Shown: piece by piece, positions 57,460-64,000 of the stretch | Layout: every line of letters starts with the position of its first letter | How positions within the stretch are numbered: the stretch's first letter is position 1 | Origin: Octopus vulgaris | Taxonomy: Eukaryota | Length of the DNA stretch: 64,000 nt | Assembly (NCBI GenBank): GCA_951406725.2 | Contig: OX597836.1 | Location: forward strand, 34,472,001 to 34,536,000 | Reading direction: 5' to 3' | Made by a program: the position numbers and the translations under genes | Notes under the pieces: generated by a model | What the model saw: only the letters and a program-made list of their open reading frames with translations | What the model was told of the DNA's origin: nothing | Databases searched by the model: none

Positions 57460-57603
57460 TGTATGAATGAATGTATGTATGTGTGTGTGTGCAATAGGCG
57501 TATCTACTAATGTATCTATATACACGCACACACATACATGAAATATACAAGTATATTTGTATGTATATACACAAGCTTATATATATGATTATACGTACAT
57601 ATG

Positions 57604-57659
<56 letters not shown>

Positions 57660-57828
57660 ATCATATTTATGTATATAGATATACATATACGTCTCTACAT
57701 ATCTATACATTATATATATTTGTATCTATGTATATATGGATATGTATATATATTCATATATACATATATGTATAAATATATACATACACACATATATATA
57801 CATATCTATGTATAAATATATATACATG

Positions 57829-57866
<38 letters not shown>

Positions 57867-58827
57867 CTCACACTCACACGCATACACACACTCACACACA
57901 CACACACACACATTTATATATATAATTATATCTTTGTTGAGATACAACACGTATCCATTTAGTGTGGCCAAACAGTGAACCTTAAATAGCTCTTCGAAAT
58001 AATGAGAAAATAACTAACACAAATTATACACATATATATAGGGTGTGGCAGCACTGCAAGGTTGACGAGTGCTTCATTAACTAGCAGCAGGGACTCCGAG
58101 AGAAATTTGTAGAAGTAGAACAACAATGCTTTGGGGGCCAGTAACCAGGGGGTTTCTAAAGGAAATATTTCGTAAAGAGCTGGGGGTTTCAGTTTGATTT
58201 GGGAAGTAACCCGAAAAATAGAGACCCATCTGTGGTTTTCTAGAACCCTGGACGATGTACCGATTGAACCCTTGGTTGCAACCCTTGTTGCTCATTTTAT
58301 GATGATGTATATACTATTGCGTCAATAGTGAAACTCCTTCTCTCTCTCTCTCTTTGTCTCTCTCTCTCTCTCTCACACAAAACACACACACACACACACA
58401 TATTAATCAATGAAATTCCAACTAAGTCTGATTTCCACATTTTATTATTTGCAATTTTTACAATTTTACTATGTGAAATAAACTCGTGCTTTCATGCGTT
58501 ACACAATCATCGGGTTTATATAGAGATAGTCGTGTACCACAATTAACAACAACAACAACACACACACATGTTGTATACATATATATATTTCTTTATAAAT
58601 AAGGATAAGGTCTTTATTTTAATTAACGATCAAATCAAGTAGCAGCATGGGAAGAAAAACCTTAGAGGTAATAATTATTATTAAAATTATAAATAAGGGT
58701 ATCTAAGTGATACCACCATGCTTGAAATAGCAGTCAAAACCTGACTCTAAAACCACATCAAGTATTCAGTACAGTATAAGATGAAAAGACAAATATAGAA
58801 AGTAGTAAAATTTGGATAATTCCAGAT

Positions 58828-58879
<52 letters not shown>

Positions 58880-58885
58880 CCCTAT

Positions 58886-58919
<34 letters not shown>

Positions 58920-59081
58920 ATAAAGGGTGGAATATAATTAATTTAATAAAATCAATCAATTTCACCTAGTAGATTTATCGGTATGGAAAAGACCATATTT
59001 GGTAAGGGTTATTATAATTATAATTAATATTTTCGGTATGTGGTTTTGAGCAACTTGTTGCATTTAACCCTTAATTAATTA

Positions 59082-59117
<36 letters not shown>

Positions 59118-59123
59118 CTTCAT

Positions 59124-59693
59124 TACCCTTGTGTATATATGTACATATCTAATATTGTATGTATATATTTTATTAATTTGCCTGTATAGCTAATAATTCG
59201 CTTACCACTTGTGATGGTATTTTAATATTACCATCTCTATATTTATTTATAAATAATTTTACGCATTTCGTTTGTTCGTACGGTGCTTGGTCACTTCAAA
59301 CGAACTTTCGCAGGCATTATGGGGGAGAATGTTAGTAGTTATTTAGCTGGCAGACTTTGGCTGATGAGAAATCACGTGCCTGGGTGGCGCTAAATTTCGA
59401 AACCGGTACCGAGTTGACCAGCATTTACTTGTTCTGACCCATTTGAGGTAAGACATTGTTATTGTTCACTGATATTTTTTCCTATCTTGTCTGTAATAGA
59501 TTTGTGACTATTCGGTGGTACAGAAGTATTTTTTGACTTCTATCATTAAAGATATAGGTACTCATGTAGTACCCTTGTGTATATATGTTACATACCTAAT
59601 AGTGTATGTATATATTTTATTAATTTGCCTGTACGGCTAATAATTCGCTTACCACTTGTGATGGTATTTTAATAATACCATCCCTATATTTAT
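59124..59693 (+). mobile_element. 446-bp-period partial tandem element (123-bp direct repeats) containing a hammerhead
   Basis: 59124-59246 repeats at 59570-59693; (TA)n on both sides. Confidence 0.82.
59346..59422 (+). ncRNA. Type I hammerhead ribozyme with canonical core
   Basis: gctgg.cagactttgg-CTGATGA-gaaat...atttc-GAA-ACCGGT-A-ccgagttga.ccagc; G-C at the base of stem II, palindromic stem III, extended bulged stem I. Confidence 0.78.
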
Positions 59694-59817
59694 ATATATA
59701 TATAGGGAGAGTTTACGGAAAAAAACACAAGACGAAGACAGGTGGTGTACAAAACAAACAGATGTATTAGTATAACGCTCAGGAATAGAATATATATATA
59801 TATATATATATTTGTGT

Positions 59818-59858
<41 letters not shown>

Positions 59859-60070
59859 TTTGTGTGTGTGTGTGTGTGTGTGTAATTATGTACGATTCGT
59901 GGTATATTCTATTGACAAAGTATTTTTACACAAAGTCAGAAACCCAGGATCTGGAATTATCCAATTTTTACTAGTTTATTTATCTATTTGTTTTTCCACC
60001 TTATGCTGTATTGAATACTTGATGTGGTTTTAGAGTCAGGTTTTGACTGCTATCTCAAGTGTAGATGCCC

Positions 60071-60133
60071 AGATAACTGAAGAGATGGTGGTGTGGATTT
60101 CCACTTGGGCATCCGAAACTCAGAGTTTTATCT
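60071..60133 (+). ncRNA. Type I hammerhead ribozyme
   Basis: agataa-CTGAAGA-gatg...catc-c-GAA-ACTC(A)GAGT-T-ttatct; 6-bp stem I, GUU site. Confidence 0.68.
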
Positions 60134-60234
60134 TGGCTACCGAGTAATTGTTACATATTATTTTTACAGATAAATTCCTCTATTTACATAATATTGAGGT
60201 CTCTTTCTTTCTTTTGTTATCTTACCGTTTTTAC

Positions 60235-60333
<99 letters not shown>

Positions 60334-60344
60334 TATATACATAT

Positions 60345-60383
<39 letters not shown>

Positions 60384-60409
60384 CACACATTTATATACTT
60401 TTATTCTTT

Positions 60410-60600
60410 TATTTGTTTTAGTCATTTGACTGCGGCCATACGGGAGCACCGCCTTTAGTCGAACAAATCGACCCCAGGACATATTCTTTGTAAGCCTACT
60501 ACTTATTCGATCTCTTTTGTCGAGCTGCTAAGTTACGGGGACGAAAACACACCAATATCCGTTCTCAAGCGACGGTGGCGCAGACACACAAACGCACACA
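60410..60600 (-). mobile_element. SINE family A 3' half
   Basis: gtcatttgactgcggcca...gagcaccgcctttagtcga. Confidence 0.8.
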
Positions 60601-60642
60601 CGCACATACATACACCACATACATACATATATACAAATATAT

Positions 60643-60708
<66 letters not shown>

Positions 60709-60764
60709 GTATGTGTGCTTTTGTGTGGATGTAAATATATATGAATGTTTTTCTGTATTCTTGA

Positions 60765-60940
60765 TCGAGACGTGATTTAACTGATAAACATAATCCGTCT
60801 CCTTGCATAACACCACCAACTGGTCCTTGCTTGTAAGCATTAGGACCAGGTCTCCGGTCTCATAATAGGTCGTCCTTTTCCTGTACCAGACTCGGAAATC
60901 CTGTTTCTGCAACGGATGCTGCCCCTCTTCCGCTGACTTA
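60765..60940 (-). pseudogene. Possible Gypsy integrase C-terminal remnant
   Basis: ...WYRKRTTYYETGDLVLML...YVYQL resembles the GDLV region; highly degenerate. Confidence 0.3.
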
Positions 60941-61325
60941 ATCATAAAATATAACTTTTGCTGCTTCTTTGAAGTAAGTTACTACCAGCTCAGTAAAGCA
61001 TATAATAGGAGAGTGAGAGAGAAAGAGAGAGAGAAAGAGAAAATGCGAGAGAGGGAGAGAACAAGGTAGAGCAAGAGAGTGAGAGAGAGAGAGACAGAGC
61101 GTAGTAAGAGCGAGAGAGAGAGAGACAGAGCGTAGTAAGAGCGAGAGAGAGAGAGACAGAGCGTAGTAAGAGCGAGAGAGAGACACAGAGAGCAAGAGCG
61201 AAAGAGAGAGAGAGCGAAAGTATGAGTGAGAGAGAGAGAGAAAATGAGGGAGTGAGAGGGGAAGAGAGAGAGAGAAAAAAAGAAAGAAAGAAATAAAGAA
61301 AGAACGAAAGAAAGAAAGGAAGGAA

Positions 61326-61359
<34 letters not shown>

Positions 61360-62479
61360 ATATAGAAGAAGGACAAGGGGAAGAGAGAATGAGTAAGGGC
61401 GGAAGAATATGAGAGAGAGAACAAGAGTGAGGGGGGACGTGAGAGATTTGGAAATGAGAAAGGGGGAGAGAGAAGAAAAGAGTGAAAGAGGGGGTCAAAG
61501 AAAAAGTAAGACGAAAGGAAGAAGGAAGGGAGAGGTGAACGACGAAAGAGAGAAAAAGAGAAGAGAATAGAAGAGAGAGAGAGAGAGGAGAAGGAAAGAA
61601 ATAGAGAAAGCGAAAGAAGGAAAGAAGAAAGAAAAGGGAGGAAGGCTCGGAAGGGTTGTCGCGATAGCGTTACATAATCCTTAGTCCCAGACAACTACAC
61701 TTGATTCTGGTTTGTTTGTCAAATTAATTTAAATATTTAAATAAAAAATATAATATAGAAAAAGTGTTGTTGATTAAAATTCAGAGTGCAAAGAACACTC
61801 GAAAAACAATACAAGCGAAACGAAGGGTCCATTATGAAACGGAGATGTTTGTAAAAATATACCGAGAGTAGTTAGAAGTGTTGGTATTAATGGGTCTTAT
61901 GTAATTTCATTCGCGATTAGAGTGTCAATGTTTATGGAGTGGTTAGCACTTGAGAGTATGCAATATCTATTGACCCAACACATGAACACATGGACACATG
62001 AGCATTACTTATAAAGCTGGTGTGCGTGCATATACGTGTCGAAGGAGATGTGTGTGCGTCACCACCTCATCTCCAAAGGTTTCCGCCTCCATTTCCATCC
62101 TACTTTCCATTCTGCCTCTGCCATCCTACCCATACACTGCACCACTTCCTACCGCCTTATGTGTGCCACCATTCGTTCTAATCCCTCCAAAATGCACACC
62201 CTGGGCCGCTTTCTCCCTCTCACTTATTCCATCTTTTTTCCCCCTGCTGCCCACCATCCGTTGCACATTTCACATCACGCTTCATCCTCCATCTAAACCG
62301 CCTTTTTCACAACTTTCTCGCTCGCACTCCTTCATCCTGTACCACCTGATGCCACAACACCTCCTCCCTCCCCTCCCTCCCAGATCCCCTCCCCTTCATC
62401 CTCACTCCTACCCTTTCATTACTCCAACCCTGCCACACACCACTTTCTCCACTCTCTTCTCCCAGCTTTCCACCGCCTT

Positions 62480-62800
62480 CCTACCCCCCCTCCACACTTC
62501 AATCTGTTGTTACCATTCTTCCTGATCCCCTCTCTGAAGCGGGGCGCTCATGGACCTGATCTTCAACATAAAACCTATACACTTTTTCGTCTGGCCGAAC
62601 TTGTCCTCTCCCTCAACCGCTTTTCCTTCGCAGGGTGGTTTTACCAACAGGTCTCGGCAGTGGCTACAGGGACGAGAATGGGCCAAAACTATGCGAACCT
62701 GTTTGTCAATTACGTTGAGGCTCAAATATTCTCTCAAAATCGCTGGTCCCACTCTCGTGCAATACGGTCGTTATACCGATGACTTTATCGGTATAACAAA
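62480..62800 (+). pseudogene. Penelope-like element reverse transcriptase fragment
   Basis: LFRLAELVLSLNRFSF...FYQQVSAVATGTRMGQNYANLF and, after a frameshift, YGRYTDDFIG; these match PLE motifs G.AMG..MGP.YANLF and RYIDD. Confidence 0.82.
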
Positions 62801-63299
62801 GCCCTTGATCTTTGTACGAATTCAGACAGTGGCGTTTGTCAATGGGTGTCAACAGTTCTGTCTGCGAAACGCGTTTCTCACCATGTAAACAACGAGTGTC
62901 TGAAGCATCAATTTATTGTGCTTGAAAAACTATGTAGGCTCGCCTCATATCCAGTGCATACATTTTAGTAATGGTGAGTTTGCACCCATCTACAGATGTG
63001 TAGTGCTCGCTATTAAATGGTGTTTTACTATAAGCATTAAGCATTCCATTATAAGCACCAAGCATTGCACCTATAGAACAGCATTGCACCTATAGTAAGG
63101 TAGTCACACAATTTTGTAACAGCTGTATTTCTACGAACAGGATAATACGGTACCTCGACCCACAAATGTTCGTGAATACTAGGGTCGGCTTTTATACGGG
63201 ATCTATGGAAAATTCCCAATTTGGGGGACAAAAATAGGGAGTCGACTTTTACATGAGATCGACTATTACTGAAGTATATACGGTATATATATATAAATA

Positions 63300-63380
63300 C
63301 AGTAATGCCTCGGTTATCGCAGTTGTTACATTCCAAAACGTCCCGCGATAGGTGAAAATCCGCGAAGTAGAAACAGTACT
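63300..63380 (+). mobile_element. Tigger/pogo-like DNA transposon 5' terminus
   Basis: TA|cagtaatgcctcggttatcgc...cccgcgataggtgaaaatccgcgaa; matching right end not seen. Confidence 0.45.
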
Positions 63381-63505
63381 GTACGTTATATTTTTTTAAT
63401 CATTTTTATAATTTGTATATATTTATTTTATTGTAAATGCAAAACAACATTACAGACGAATGTACGTAAGCTTAAATCCTTAAATAATAAAACCGTTTTC
63501 GTTTG

Positions 63506-63675
63506 ATGCCTGCGTAGACTTCAAACACAAAGGATCAACGAACTGCTTTAACATATTCGCATCACTAAGTGGAGCTCAAATATTTACCTTGATTCCACTG
63601 CAGAATGGGAGTTAGTGATACGAATATGTTAAAGCAGTTGGTTGTTCCTTTGTGTTTGAATTCTACGTAGGCATC
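63506..63675. repeat. Long imperfect hairpin (~63-bp arms)
   Basis: gatgcctgcgtagacttcaaacacaaaggatcaacgaactgctttaacatattcgcatcactaa pairs with ttagtgatacgaatatgttaaagcagttggttgttcctttgtgtttgaattctacgtaggcatc. Confidence 0.88.
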
Positions 63676-63762
63676 TACATTAATGGTTTCATTAATCAAT
63701 TAAAGGAGTCGCTTGAAATGGCCGTAATGAATTGACACCTGTATATATCTGTGTCACGCATT

Positions 63763-63845
<83 letters not shown>

Positions 63846-64000
63846 TATATACATATTTGAATATATATATATATATATATACGTGTATATATATATATAA
63901 ATATATTACATATATATACATACGCAGGAGTGGCTATGTGGTAAGTAGCTTGCTAACCACACATGCGCAGTTAGTCGGTTGCTTCCTGTTGAGCTAGAGT

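Overview
AT-rich, microsatellite-saturated animal DNA. The SINE, LINE and microsatellite content suggests a coleoid cephalopod, probably Octopus; this is an inference, not a database match. Nearly all listed ORFs are translations of simple repeats. The real protein-derived sequence is transposon-derived: a full-length but frameshifted mariner (50021-51297), a 5'-truncated CR1-clade LINE (40672-42600), and R4/Dong, RTE, CR1, Tx1-like, Gypsy and Penelope fragments. The window also holds non-autonomous Helitrons and at least four tRNA-derived SINE families. The main unexplained signal is about a dozen hammerhead-ribozyme motifs (CUGANGA...GAAA...GUH, usually with a palindromic stem III) in short non-coding elements, most of them in or beside (TA)n tracts. 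Two of these elements are ~450-bp units present as 1.3- and 1.45-mers, as expected for circular-RNA retrozymes or Penelope pseudo-LTRs. One is a ~350-bp-arm inverted repeat with mirror-image ribozymes, and one motif has type II topology. I also find a chain of small minus-strand candidate exons (56.9 kb to 29.8 kb). Joined, they give one frame broken only by TGA-GCT-TAG; the product is unidentified. All folds, exon calls and coordinates were made by eye, and element boundaries are approximate.
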